Assembly: GCA_964016885.1 (NCBI GenBank)
Contig: OZ024742.1
Location: 242,172,001-242,236,000 of the forward strand
DNA from: Eledone cirrhosa
Taxonomy: Eukaryota
Reading direction: 5' to 3'
Length of the DNA stretch: 64,000 bases
The position numbers and the translations under genes were made by a program. Positions 41,415-54,702 of this stretch are shown here, piece after piece. The notes below the pieces were generated by a model. The model made no database searches and had not been told where the DNA came from. It saw only the letters and a program-made list of their open reading frames with translations. How positions within the stretch are numbered: position 1 is the stretch's first letter; the number at the start of each line of letters is the position of its first letter.

Positions 41415-42062
41415 CAAGAATAAACAGATATATACGTTTGAGTGTGTCTATTGGAAAGGTTGTATTCGTGCGTGTAAGTGTTTGTGTGTGTTTGTTATCA
41501 TACTATTAGTATATCTTGCTGTACAATACTGGTCTATGAATTGTAAACCTAAAAGTATCAGCTGTGTACCTGATTTACTCTCATGATTCTGTATATGGTT
41601 TCTAAAAGACAATTCTCACACCTTTACTAGTTTCGTGTGATGCAGTACGGCGTTAGTGATAAGAACTATTTTGTAACCAACTTAATATTGAGTCTGAATT
41701 ACGAAGTATTTGTCTCATCTTTTTCTAGTATAATTTTCCTTATATAAAACAGATATGTATATTAACGAAGCCAATTTTCTTCTTTAACTTATTGTATTGC
41801 GGCCGATGATACCACTTTAAGGGTCTTCACCCTCGGTTGTCGTCGAAACGTCAGACGTCCTTGGACCCCATAATGCCGAGCTCCTCTGTGAATGAAATAA
41901 AACAAAACAAGCTCAGGCATGCATTATTACATGGTTATATCAGTTTCATGCTTGGAGGAAGTGGAGGAGGGTTCAAAGTTTCGGACAGAGGTCCTTCATA
42001 TATATATTGATGGATGTGAATCTATATTGGCATTAGCCCACCATAATAGTAAAGACTCCGTG

Positions 42063-42250
42063 TGAATTGGCAGTATCGGTAGAGGGGCGGACGCCATGCT
42101 TTGACGCGTAGAGTTACGGCCCTTGCCATTCTGAGTTCAAATCCCGCCGAGGTTAACTTTACATTTCATCCTTTGCGGGGGTCGATAAAATAAAGTACCA
42201 GTAATACACTGGGGTAATTGCTAGCCTTGTGCCAAAAATAGAAACAATTA
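42063..42250 (+). mobile_element. Near full-length SINE
   Basis: A box, B box, core and tail. Confidence 0.9.
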
Positions 42251-42444
42251 TTAAATTACTGACTACGATACGTTATTAGATTTCGAAGCAACGACTATGA
42301 GTTTGATTCAAATTTCTGCTCGACCAAATATCCATAATCTATCTATGATTTTAAGCTTCAATTACACATAGACAATGATTTATATTCTCTCTCTTGGTCT
42401 AATTAATATTTATCACAAAATAGAAAATGCTACATGAGGATATA

Positions 42445-42655
42445 ATGTCTCAGGAAAGAATCAGTCGACTGATTTTACGGGCAAAATCAACTGGCAGGGG
42501 TCCCAAGAATAGACCACAAGGAATATGGTTGGATAATGTCTATGAGCTCGGCAGTTCTCGTTTTGTGATCCAGCAGGATGAATTGGAGAGGGTTGCTTCT
42601 GAGGACGCTTCCCACATGACCCTCCCAAGAAGACGAAGAAGAAGAAGAAGAAGAA
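42445..42655 (+). mobile_element. RTE-like LINE 3' end with (GAA)n tail
   Basis: ILRAKSTGRGPKNRPQGIWLDNV resembles the GxRPxGRPxxxWxDxV motif. Confidence 0.55.
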
Positions 42656-43308
42656 GGTGGAGGAGGAGGAGGGGGAGAAGAAGAAGAGGAGAAGGAGAAG
42701 GAGGAGGAGAAGAAGAAGAAGAATGTGCTAGCTATAAATCGTTTTCGTATACTAAACTGAATTAATGTAAAGCACCGGTAGCATTTTACAATAGCATTCA
42801 CTCCACTCCAGAGATTGATAATGAACAGCTGCAAGCTAAACATCAGCTAACTCTGCTGCAGAAGTAATTCAGAGGGGAAAAAATCCAATATATATATGAG
42901 AGGGATAGTAGGAAGGTTTAGGAGTAAGATAGTTTTAAGAAGACTCGCATGTTTAGGTGAAAGAAAAGGATAGAGAAAAAGAAAGATAAGGGAATATAGA
43001 ATACAGTAAATAGCAAAACAAAAAGACGGAGTGTAAAAAAAGAGAATGCGATAAAAAAAAAATGAAGTGCTAAATGGTTGTGGTGGTGGGAGTAATGATG
43101 GTGGTTGTGGTAGGTTGCGGTAGTGGTAATCGTGGAGATGGTAGTCGCAGTGTTGGAGTTAGAGTTAGAGAGGGAGGTGACGTGTGATGGGAATTAGACT
43201 AGAAAAAGAAATAGTAGGAGGTGACGAATTTGAAATAAATATATAAATAAATACACAGCAGAGAAACAAGAAATTAAGTAGTAAAACGTTGAGGGGAAAT
43301 GAAGGGAA

Positions 43309-43309
<1 letters not shown>

Positions 43310-43394
<85 letters not shown>

Positions 43395-43450
43395 GTATAT
43401 ATATATATATTTATATATATGTATATATATATATATTTATATATATGTGT

Positions 43451-43485
<35 letters not shown>

Positions 43486-43488
43486 CAC

Positions 43489-43580
<92 letters not shown>

Positions 43581-43626
43581 GTATATATATATAATAGATA
43601 GATATATAGATATAGATATAATATTA

Positions 43627-43698
<72 letters not shown>

Positions 43699-43800
43699 TA
43701 TATATATATATATTTATATATATTTGTGTGTATATATATATGTATGTATATATATGTATATATATGTATGTATATATATATGTGTGCGTGTGTGTGTGTA
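43310..43800. repeat. Compound (TA)n/(TG)n microsatellite (representative of dozens; others e.g. 3445-3730, 21182-21310, 59745-60660, 62135-62450)
   Basis: Seen directly in the sequence. Confidence 0.95.
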
Positions 43801-44333
43801 TAGATGTGTCAGTGTGTCTGTGTAAAAAGTGATTGATGTAAACTTTACTACATTAAGAGATCACATAGGAAGAATATACGTGGAGGAGTAGTTATGTATA
43901 AGCAAGTGTCAGACAGACAGTTCGACAAGCATGCAGTCAGTCAGTACATTGTCTTCTCTCTACTTTTCTTTGCTCCTGTCTTTTTCGCTTTGTGCTCTCT
44001 TTACAATAGATATCCTCAGCAAGCAATTAGACACTTCATCAGAAAGCCCGAACTAGTTTCCGGAAGATAACATCAATGACATACAACAGTAGAAAGAATA
44101 TTGCTGTTTAACAGAAAGTTGATTAATTAGTCGCGATTGAATAAAACAGCAATTAGACCTGCTTATTGGATGTTAGCCGTCTTTCCATTTAGAGAATGTT
44201 GCAGTCTTTGTTCGATAGGCCAAACAACTAATGCAATCGTTATTGAATGCCTCTTCGAATTTCACAATTGTATTACAATATTTTATTTGTCATTTATCTT
44301 TATTTTCCTTTCTATTTTATTATTATTATTATT

Positions 44334-44552
44334 GTTCTTTGAGAATCAGTCATTGATGTTATTTAACTGGAAGCCTCAGATATTCAGGACGTATTGGATG
44401 GTTCTTGCTGTTCCCTGAAAGCATGCCTTTGGAAGTGTTCCAAAAAGCGGGGCTAGACTAATCTCCTTTAACCATCCTTGGAAACTCTTTGAGATAGTAC
44501 CTAGTGCGCCTATGACAATCGGGACGATCTTGATTTCATGGCAGTTCCAAAT
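44334..44552 (-). mobile_element. R4/Dong-clade LINE, short 3' fragment in (TAA)n
   Basis: IWNCHEIKIVPIVIGALG..GTARTIQYVLNI plus the shared 3'UTR. Confidence 0.85.
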
Positions 44553-44676
44553 ATTATTATTATTATTTTTATTTTCTTTCATTATTGTTTCTGAGATTTA
44601 TGCCGAGTGTCTTCCTGACACCTAGGGCAAATAAATTCACAGTGTGCATTGGTAAGCCAGTTAATACAGCACATTG

Positions 44677-44877
44677 ATTTGGCAATATCAATAGAGGGTC
44701 GGACGCCATGCTTTGCAGCAAAGAGTTACCTCCCTTTATGATCTGAATTCAAATCCCGCCGAGGTTAACTTTGCCTTTCATCCTTACGGGGTCGATAAAA
44801 TAAAGTACCTGTAATGTAGTGGGTAATTGCTGGCCTTGTGCCAAAAGTAGAAACAATTATTATTATTATTATTATTA
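44677..44877 (+). mobile_element. Near full-length SINE with (ATT)n tail
   Basis: Matches the consensus. The tail abuts the next LINE. Confidence 0.9.
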
Positions 44878-45800
44878 CAGTTGCATTCATCTTGCTTTAT
44901 GTTCATACGAGTTATCACCAAGTCACAACCAGTGACCTCAAGAGACAACAAGGTCCGCCATGTTCAAGGAAGAGCATACATACTCACACATGCATCTTTA
45001 GTGTTTAGACTTGTGATGTACTTATATTGACAGAATCTTCCTTAGTATATGGGCAGTTCCCATTAGTACTATCTTTTGTATTTCTCCTATACGCGGGTTT
45101 CCTGGGATTTGCGATAAGTAATCATTAGACCCCTTAGGTATCATTCCCAGAGCGCCTACAACCACTGGTATTGTTTTAGTTCTCAATTTCCACATTTTTC
45201 CAATTTCTATCTCCAGGTCCTTATACTTGCTCAATTTTTCAAATGTTTTTATAGATACATTCTTGTCTATTGGAACAGACATATCAATTAGCAGGCATAC
45301 CCTCATTTTAAAGTCCTTCAATATTATATCAGGCCTATTTGCATCTATTTTTCGGTCTGTTTGGATGCTAAAGTTCCACAAGATTGAGATGTGATATTTT
45401 TCAAGTATGGGACGTGGTTGATGCTCCCACCAATTCTTTGATGGGGGAGGTCAAAATGCTTACACATTATCCAATGTATGTATTGTGCAGCTCAGTCATG
45501 CCTGTTTAGGTATTAAGTTGGAGCTATAGGGCTGCACATTGAAATTATATGGTCACTGGTCTCTGGTTGTTTTTTGCATACACGGCATAATGGGCTGCAT
45601 CCATTTTTTAATATGTTGGCTTGGTAATTTTTTGTTGGCAGACACTGATCTTGTGCTGATATAATCAGTCCTTCAGTCTCCGATTTCAGTCCAGAGGATG
45701 CCAACCACTGATGGGTTAAAGTTTTGTAAACATCAGGATTGTTAGCGCGTTCTGGGTATTTTCCATACAAAGGCTTTTCTTGCCATTTCTTCTTCTTCTT
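44878..45800 (-). mobile_element. R4/Dong-clade LINE, second family, 3' fragment
   Basis: LKSETEGLIISAQDQ..CRVC..ETSDHIISMC; WNFSIQTDRKIDANRPDII..LIDMSVP..KLSKY (CCHC plus RLE). Confidence 0.88.
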
Positions 45801-45843
45801 ATTATTATTATAATTATTATTATTATTATTACTATTGTTATTA

Positions 45844-48800
45844 CTCTTTGAGTCTCAGTCATTGATGTTAGTTAACTGGAAAGTTTGTTGAAATGAATAT
45901 CAAGCCACTACCTGCAGCCTCAGATATTCAGGACGTATCGGAGGGTTCTTGCTGTTCCCAGCAAGCATGCCTTTTGAAGCGTTCCTAAAAGCGTGAAGGG
46001 GCCAATTTTCTTTAACCATCCCTGGAAACTTTTTAAGATAGTCCCTAGTGCGCCTATGACGATCGGGATCACTTTGACTTCATGGCAGTTCCAAATCCTT
46101 TTTACCTCCCACTTTAAGTCCTGGTATCGGTTAATTTACTCCCTCTCCTTCTCTTGCACTCTCGTGTCGAATGGGCAGGCCACACCCACAATCAGGCACG
46201 ATCTTTTTTCTTTGTCCAAAACCACCAGGTCAGGTCTATTGTGTTCCAGTTTCTTGTCCGTCTGTATCCTAAAATCCCACAGCACCTTCAGCTGATCGTT
46301 TTCTATCACCGCCTCTGGCTTATGCTCATACCACTTCTCAGAATGTGGTAAATTGTTTACTTTGCATAGGTGCCAATGGATCACCCTGCCCATCACATCA
46401 TGTCTCCAGCCGTAATAGTGAGTCTGGGCTAGGTGTTTACACTCGGATACAATGTGAGCCACAGTCTCCTCTCTCTCTCCACAGATCCTGCACAGTGGGC
46501 TAGCCTCCTCCTTGTAAATGTGGTGTTTCAACCACTTCGTTTTGACGGCCTGCTCCTGCGCAGCCATTAACATTCTTTCTGTAGCCTTTTTAAGGTCTCC
46601 TCTTTTCAACCAGTTCCATGTCTGTGGATCTCTAAATTCAGTTTTCTCAAAGAAGGTACTATGAAGGGATTTTTCCTGAAGGCTGCTCTTTCTCCTTGAT
46701 GTTATTTCCTCCTTGGACATCCCCTGGCCTATTGTCCACTCCTTCAGTACAGTTCTGAGCATTGGCTCCTTACTATCAGTCACGTATTTGTGTAGGTTGT
46801 ATTTCTCCATCTGAACACAGTCCTCTATGCTGACAAGACCTCTTCCACCTTCAGATCTCCTTAAGTAGAGTCTATCGACATCACTCCTCTTGTGGAACAT
46901 GTTGTAGATAGTCAATAGCTTCCTAGTCTTCCTATCCATTTCTTTTTGTTCAGCAACATTCCATCTCAAAATTCCCGCACTGTACCTAATAATAGACACA
47001 GCTCGGGAATTTACTGCACTTATGGCATTCCTACTGTTCAGATGTGACTTTAATACGCTCCTTATTCTCCGAATGTATCCAGTTCTTATCAATTCCTTCA
47101 TTTTTTTGTTCTTGATTTCATCAGCCTCCAGAACGCCCAAATACTTGTATCCTTCCTCAGAGTCAATTTCCTTTATCATCTCACCTGTTGGTATCTGGAT
47201 TCCGTTACTTCTGCTCAGTTACCCCTCCTCATCACAATGACTCCACACTTACTAATACCAAATTGTATACATATATCATTGCTGAAAATACGGACAGTGT
47301 CAACAAGCACATCCAACTCCTTCTCACTCTTCCCGAAGAGCTTAAGATCGTCCATGAAGAGGAGGTGATTGATGGTAAGCCCTCCCTTTCCCAACCTTTC
47401 GCAGTACACTGGTCAGGGGCATCAGGGCAAGGACAAACAACAGAGGGACAGACTATCTCCATGGAAGATACTTCTCTTGATCTTCACGCTTCCCAAGGAT
47501 TCTCCAGTTGATGATAACTCTGTTTCCCAGGACTTCATACTTTTGCCCAACAACTGTCTGATGTTATCTGCCACCTTGAAGATCTCCAGGCTTTTGGTGA
47601 TCCAAGAATGAGGTACCATGTCAAATGCCTTTTTGTAGTCTATCCATCCCATGGCAAGACCAGTGCGTCTCCTCTTGCAATTCCTCATTACCATCTTATC
47701 AATAAGTAACTGGTCCTTTGTACCACGTGCCTTCTTTCGGCATCCTTTCTGTTCGTCCGGTAACAAGTTGTTTGTGTGGAGGTGTTGGTAGATTTCCTCA
47801 GACATAATGCTTGTCAACAGTTTCCACATTACGGACAGACATGTGATAGGTCTATAATTGGTAACATCATTACCCTTGATTCGGTCTTTCATTATCAGAA
47901 CTGTGGTACCTTTTGTCAACCACTCTGGTACCTCACCTGACATCAAGCAGTCATTGAACATAGTTGTCAGTTTCGGGTGGAGGGATGTTATGTTTTTAAT
48001 CCAATACCCCTGCACACCATCTGGGCCAGGTGATTTCCAGTTGGTTATATTTTTGGCCTGCCCCTTAAGAGTTTCAACTGTGATACTCAAATCAGTTTGT
48101 TGGTGTGCCTGTTCACTGATCTCCTTCTGTACTGTCTCAATCAACACTGCCTGGTCATTATGTTTAACATCCTGCTCCCATATTCCTCTCCAGAATGTTT
48201 TAGTTTGTTCCGCCTCAGGGATCAAGTCGTTGCCTCTTTCTTTCCCTTCAAGCTGTCCAAACAGCATCTTCTGGTTGTTGTCGAACGTGCGGTTCTGTCT
48301 ATACTGACTGACTCTGCTCGCGTATCGCCTGATTTTTGCACTCTTTGCTACAATGCGTTGCTTCAGTTCCTCTATGATGATATTTAGTTTTTTCCTCCTA
48401 ATTTTGTACTTTATTTCCAGTCTATTTTTAGTGTCTATGTTTTTTAGTGTCCCATTCATTAGGGACTCAAGCTTTCCAATGTCATTTCTCATTTCCCTGA
48501 TTTGACCACTCAGTCGTTTCTTCCACCAAGTCTCTGCTCTTTCTTGTCTGTTGTTTCCTCTCGCTTTTATACCAAGTAGTTTCCTCACCGTATTTGCTGT
48601 TGCTTTGAGGATATTGTTGCACTGGTGAAGGCTCCTCGCCTCAAGGTATGAGATGACTTTGTTTACCTTAGCTGTTGTTTCTTTTAACTTTTTCCTGTCT
48701 ACAAATCTTAGGTTCATATGTCTCCCACTATCATTGTTCAATTCATCTACCACTAAATTTAGGATATCAACCAAATCTTGTCCTAGCCCGTCAGCATTCA

Positions 48801-49221
48801 TCTCCTCAGTGGCCGTATCTCTGTTCCAGGTATTATTTATCTCAGCATTCAGATCATTGTCTGCTTCGGGTGGTTCCTCCGTTCTCTCGACCTCTTCACC
48901 TTAATTTCCCACTGGCTCGTTTGCCTGGCATACTCCACTCTCCATCTCCAAGCTAATCTCTCTGCTCAGTTCCTCCAGTTCCAGCTCGCTTATCCACCCA
49001 TTAGTTCTTATTACCCGAGCCTGCCCGGCCAGTTTTTGTTCATCTAATTTAAATGGACCAATCTCGTTCCAGATGTTATGCATCCTTTTCCTATAGCCTT
49101 TCTTCTTGGGGTTACTCTTCATGTAACATTGCATAACAGTTCTATTCAATTCTTTCGTCCAGTTGGTTCTGGTCCCTTTCCTTCTTCTTCTTCCTCCGAC
49201 ACCAGCAGTATTTGGTTGACA
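45844..49221 (-). mobile_element. R4/Dong-clade LINE, near full-length but disrupted
   Basis: N-terminal WTKELN..YRKRMHNIW, RT (KSPGPDG, YRPITCL, WIDYKKAFD, LFMDDLKLF), CCHC and RLE. Frameshifts, a deletion near 47405 and a premature stop. Confidence 0.93.
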
Positions 49222-49584
49222 GCCTTTTGAAGCGTTCCAAAAAGCGTGAAGGGGCCGATTTTCTTTAAACATCCCTGGAAACTTTTGGAGATAGTCCCCA
49301 GTGCGCCTATGACAATCGAGATCACTTTGACTTCATGGCAGTTCCAAATCCTTTTCACCTCCCACTTTAGGTCCTGGTATCGGTTAATTTTCTCCCTCTC
49401 CTTCTCTTGCACTCTCGTGTCGAAAGGGCAGGCCACATCCACAATCAGACACGATCTTTTTTCTTTGTCCACAACCACCAGGTCAGGTCTATTGTGTTCC
49501 AGTTTTTTGTCCGTCTGTATCCTAAAATCCCATAGCACCTTCACCTGATTGTTCTCCATCACCGCCTCTGGCCTATGCTCATAC

Positions 49585-49587
<3 letters not shown>
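49222..49587 (-). mobile_element. R4/Dong RLE fragment fused to the 5' end of the previous copy
   Basis: WDFRIQTDKKLEHNRPD..LQKA. Lacks its own stop, 3'UTR and TAA tail. Confidence 0.85.
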
Positions 49588-49645
<58 letters not shown>

Positions 49646-49652
49646 GTTGTTA

Positions 49653-52149
49653 TTCCTTGAATCTCAGTCATTGATGTTGGTTAACTGTAAAGTCCGTTGG
49701 ATTGAATATCAAGCCACTACCTGCAGCCTCAGATAATCAGGACGTATCGGAGGGTTCTTGCTGTTCCAAGCAAGCATGCCTTTTGAAGCGTTCCAAAAAG
49801 CGTGAAGGGGCCGATTTTCTTTAACCATCCCTGGAAACTTTTGGAGATAGTCCCCAGTGCGCCTATGACAATCGGGATCACTTTGACTTCATGGCAGTTC
49901 CAAATCCTTTTCACCTCCCACTTTAGGTCCTGGTATCGGTTAATTTTCTCCCTCTCCTTCTCTTGCACTCTCGTGTCGAACGGGCAGGCCACATCCACAA
50001 TCAGGCACGATCTTTTTTCTTTGTCCACAACCACCAGGTCAGCTCTATTGTGTTCCAGTTTTTTGTCCGTCTGTATCCTAAAATCCCACAGCACCTTCAC
50101 CTGACTGTTCTCCATCACCGCCTCTGGCCTATGCTCATACCATTTCTCAGAGTGTGGTAGATTGTTTACTTTGCACAGGTGCCAGTGGATCACCCTGCCC
50201 ATCACATCGTGTCTCCAGCCCTTATAGTGGGTCTGGGCTAGGTGTTTACACTCGGACACAATGTGAGCCACAGTCTCCTCTCTCTCTCCACAGATCCTGC
50301 ACAGTGGGCTGGCCTCCTCCTTGTAGATATGGTGCTTCAACCACTTCGTTTTGAGGGCCTGCTCCTGCGCAGCCATTAGCATTCCTTCTGTAGCCTTTTT
50401 GAGGTCTCCTCTTCTCAACCAGTTCCATGTCTGTGGATCTCTAAATTCAGTTTTCTCAAAGAAGGTACTATGAAGGGGTTTTCCCTTAAGGCTGCTCTTC
50501 CTCCTTGATGTTATTTCCTCCCTGGACATCCCCTGGCCTACTGTCCCCTCCTTCAGTACAGCTCTGAGCATTGGCTCCTTACTATAGGTCACGTATTTGT
50601 ATAGGTTGTTTTTCTCCATCTGAACACAGTCCTCTATGCTGATAAGACCTCTTCCACCCTCAGATCTCCTTAGGTAGAGTCTATCGACATCACTCCTCTT
50701 GTGGAACATGTTGTAGATAGTCAATAGCTTCCTAGTTTTCCTATCCATTTCTTTCTGTTCAGCAACATTCCATCTCAGAATTCCCGCACTGTACCTAATA
50801 ATAGACACAGCTCAGGAATTTACTGCGCTTATGGCATTTCTGCTGTTCAGATGTGACTTCAATACGCTCCTTACTCTCCGAATGTATTCAGTTCTTAACA
50901 ATTCCTTCATTTTTTTGTTCTTTATGCCATCAGCCTCCAGAACGCCCAAATACTTGTATCCTTCCTCAGAGTCAATTTCCTTTATCATCTCACCTGTTGG
51001 TATCTGGATCCCGTTACTTCTGCTCAACCTACCCCTCTTCATCACAATGACTCCACATTTACCAATACCAAACTGCATACATATATCACTGCTGAAAATA
51101 CGGACAGTGTCAACAAGCACATCCAACTCCTTCTCACTTTTCCCGAAGAGCTTAAGATCGTCCATGAAGAGGAGGTGATTGATGGTAAGCTCTCCCCTTC
51201 CCAACTTGTATCCTGCTCTCACTTTTCGCAGCATAATGGTCAAGGGCATCAGGGCAAGGACAAACAACAGAGGGGACAGGCTATCTCCCTGGAAGATACC
51301 TCTCTTGATCTTCACGCTTCCCAAGGATACTCCAGTTGATGTCAACTCTGTCTCCCAGGACCCCATACTCCTGCCTAGCAACTGTCTGATGTTATCCGCC
51401 ACCCTGAAGATCTCCAGGCTTTTGGTGATCCAGGAATGAGGCACCATGTCAAATGCCTTTCTGTAGTCTATCCATCCCATGGCAAGATCAGTGTGTCTCC
51501 TCCTCAATTCCCCATTACCATCTTATCAATAAGCAACTGGTCCTTTGTATCACGTGACTTCTTTCGGCATCCTTTCTGTTCGTCCGGTAACAAGTTGTTT
51601 GTGTGGAGGTGATGGTAGATTTCCTCAGACACAATGCTCGTCAACAGTTTCCACATTACGGGCAGACATGTGATAGGTCTATAGTTGGTAGCATCATTAC
51701 CCTTGATTCGGTCTTTCATTATCAGAACTGTGGTACCTTTTGTCAACCACTCTGGTACCTCACCCGACACAAGCATTCATTGAACATGGCCGTCAGCTTC
51801 GGGTGGAGGGATGTTAGATGTTTAATCCAATACCCCTGCACACCATCTGGGCCTGGTGATTTCCAGTTGGTTAGTTTTTTGGCTTGCCCCTTAAGAGTTT
51901 CAACTGTGATACTCAAATCAGTCTGTTGCTGTGCCTGCTCACCGATCTCCCTCTGTACTGTCTCAATCCACCCTGCCTGGGCATTGTGTCTAACATCCTG
52001 CTCCCATATTCCTCTCCAGAATGTTTTAGTTTGCTCCGCCCCAGGGATCAAGTCGTTGCCTCTTTCTTTGCCCTCAAGCTGTCCAAACAGCATCTTCTGG
52101 TTGTTGTCGAACATGCGGTTCTGTCTGGTTGTTGTCGAACATGCGGTTC

Positions 52150-52150
<1 letters not shown>
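49653..52150 (-). mobile_element. R4/Dong LINE, 5'-truncated 2.5 kb copy
   Basis: RT, CCHC and RLE in four frameshifted ORFs. (TAA)n on both sides. Confidence 0.93.
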
Positions 52151-52189
<39 letters not shown>

Positions 52190-52199
52190 GTTATTGTTA

Positions 52200-54063
52200 T
52201 TCCTTGAATCTCAGTCATTGATGTTGGTTAACTGGAAAGTCCGTTGGATTGAATATCAAGCCACTACCTGCAGCCTCAGATATTCAGGACGTATCGGAGG
52301 GTTCTTGCCGTTCCAAGCAAGCATGCCTTTTGAAGCGTTCCAAAAAGCGTGAAGGGGCCGATTTTCTTTAACCATCCCTGGAAACCTTTGGAGATAGTCC
52401 CCAGTGCGCCTATGACAATCGGGATCACTTTGACTTCATGGCAGTTCCAAATCCTTTTCACCTCCCACTTTAGGTCCTGGTATCGGTTAATTTTCTCCCT
52501 CTCCTTCTCTTGCACTCTCGTGTCGAACGGGCAGGCCACATCCACAATCAGGCACGATCTTTTTTCTTTGTCCACAACCACCAGGTCAGGTCTATTGTGT
52601 TCCAGTTTTTTGTCCGTCTGTATCCTAAAATCCCACAGCACCTTCACCTGACTGTTCTCCATCACCGCCTCTGGCCTATGCTCATACCATTTCTCAGAAT
52701 GTGGTAGATTGTTTACTTTGCACAGGTGCCAGTGGATCACCCTGCCCATCACATCGTGTCTCCAGCCCTTATAGTGGGTCTGGGCTAGGTGTTTACACTC
52801 GGACACAATGTGAGCCACAGTCTCCTCTCTCTCTCCACAGATCCTGCACAGTGGGCTAGCCTCCTCCTTGTAGATATGGTGCTTCAACCACTTCGTTTTG
52901 AGGGCCTGCTCCTGCGCAGCCATTAGCATTCCTTCCGTAGCCTTTTTGAGGTCTCCTCTTCTCAACCATTTCCATGTCTGTGGATCTCTAAATTCAGTTT
53001 TCTCAAAGAAGGTACTATGAAGGGATTTTCCCTTAAGGCTGCTCTTCCTCCTTGATGTTATTTCCTCCTTGGATATCCCCTGGCCTACTGTCCCCTCCTT
53101 CAGTACAGCTCTGAGCATTGGCTCCTTACTATAGGTCACGTATTTGTATAGGTTGTTTTTCTCCATCTGAACACAGTCCTCTATGCTGATAAGACCTCTT
53201 CCACCCTCAGATCTCCTTAGGTAGAGTCTATCGACATCACTCCTCTTGTGGAACATGTTGTAGATAGTCAATAGCTTCCTAGTCTTCCTATCCATTTCTT
53301 TTTGTTCAGCAACATTCCATCTCAGAATTCCCGCACTGTACCTGATAATAGACACAGCTCGGGAATTTACTGCGCTTATGGCATTTCTGCTGTTCAGATG
53401 TGACTTCAATACGCTCCTTACTCTCCGAATGTATTCAGTTCTTAACAATTCCTTCATTTTTTTGTTCTTTATGCCATCAGCCTCCAGAACGCCCAAATAC
53501 TTGTATCCTTCCTCAGAGTCAATTTCCTTTATCATCTCACCTGTTGGTATCTGGATCCCGTTACTTCTGCTCAACCTACCCCTCCTCATCACAATGACTC
53601 CACATTTACCAATACCAAACTGCATACATATATCACTGCTGAAAATACGGACAGTGTCAACAAGCACATCCAACTCCTTCTCACTTTTCCCGAAGAACTT
53701 AAGATCGTCCATGAAGAGGAGGTGATTGATGGTAAGCTCTCCCCTTCCCAACTTGTATCCTGCTCTCACTTTTCGCAGCATAATGGTCAAGGGCATCAGG
53801 GCAAGGACAAACAACAGAGGGGACAGGCTATCTCCCTGGAAGATACCTCTCTTGATCTTCACGCTTCCCAAGGATACTCCAGTTGATGTCAACTCTGTCT
53901 CCCAGGACCCCATACTCCTGCCCAGCAACTGTCTGATGTTATCTGCCACCCTGAAGATCTCCAGGCTTTTGGTGATCTAGGAATGAGGCACCATGTCAAA
54001 TGCCTTTCTGTAGTCTATCCATCCCATGGCAAGATCAGTGTGTCTCCTCCTGCAATTCCCCAT
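52200..54063 (-). mobile_element. R4/Dong LINE, 5'-truncated 1.9 kb copy (557 aa open frame 52276-53949)
   Basis: GIFQGDSLSPLLF, FMDD, CRICG..HIVSEC, RPD..D..E..K. A W-to-TAG change lies just upstream. Confidence 0.95.
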
Positions 54064-54065
54064 TA

Positions 54066-54106
<41 letters not shown>

Positions 54107-54108
<2 letters not shown>

Positions 54109-54645
54109 TCTTTGAGTCTCAGTCATTGATGTTAGTTAACTGGAAAGTTTGTTGAAATGAATATCAAGCCACTACCTGCAGCCTCAGATATTCAGGACCT
54201 ATCGGAGGGTTCTTGCTGTTCCCAGCAAGCATGCCTTTTGAAGCGTTCCAAAAAGCGTGGCGGGGCCAATTTTCTTTAACCATCCCTAGAAACTGTTTGA
54301 GATAGTACTTTGTGCGGCTATGACAATCGGGACCACTTTGACTTCATGGCAGTTCCAAATCCTTTTTACCTCCCACTTTAAGTCCTGGTATCAGTTAATT
54401 TTCTCCCTCTCCTTCTCTTGCACTCTCGTGTCCAATGGGCAGGCCACATCCACAATCAGGCACGATCTTTTTTCCTTGTCCAAAACCACCAGGTCAGGTC
54501 TATTGTGTTCCAGTTTCTTGAACCTCTGTATCCTAAAATCCCACAGCACCTTCACCTGATCGTTTTCTATCACCGATTCTGGCTTATGCTCATACCACTT
54601 CTCAGAATGTGGTAAATTGTTTACTTTGCATAGGTGCCAGTGGAT
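54107..54645 (-). mobile_element. R4/Dong LINE, 0.54 kb 3' fragment
   Basis: Same 3'UTR subtype as the 45844 copy. (TAA)n on both sides. Confidence 0.9.
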
Positions 54646-54686
<41 letters not shown>

Positions 54687-54702
54687 TTTATTATTATTAT
54701 TA

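Noticed and set aside
41797-41865. CCGATGA...GAAACGTCAGACGTC hammerhead-like motif
   Set aside because: Stems I and II pair poorly, so it is not listed as a feature.
45993-54615. Repeated + strand ORFs (MKGPIFF.., MAFLLF..)
   Set aside because: Antisense shadows of the LINE ORFs.
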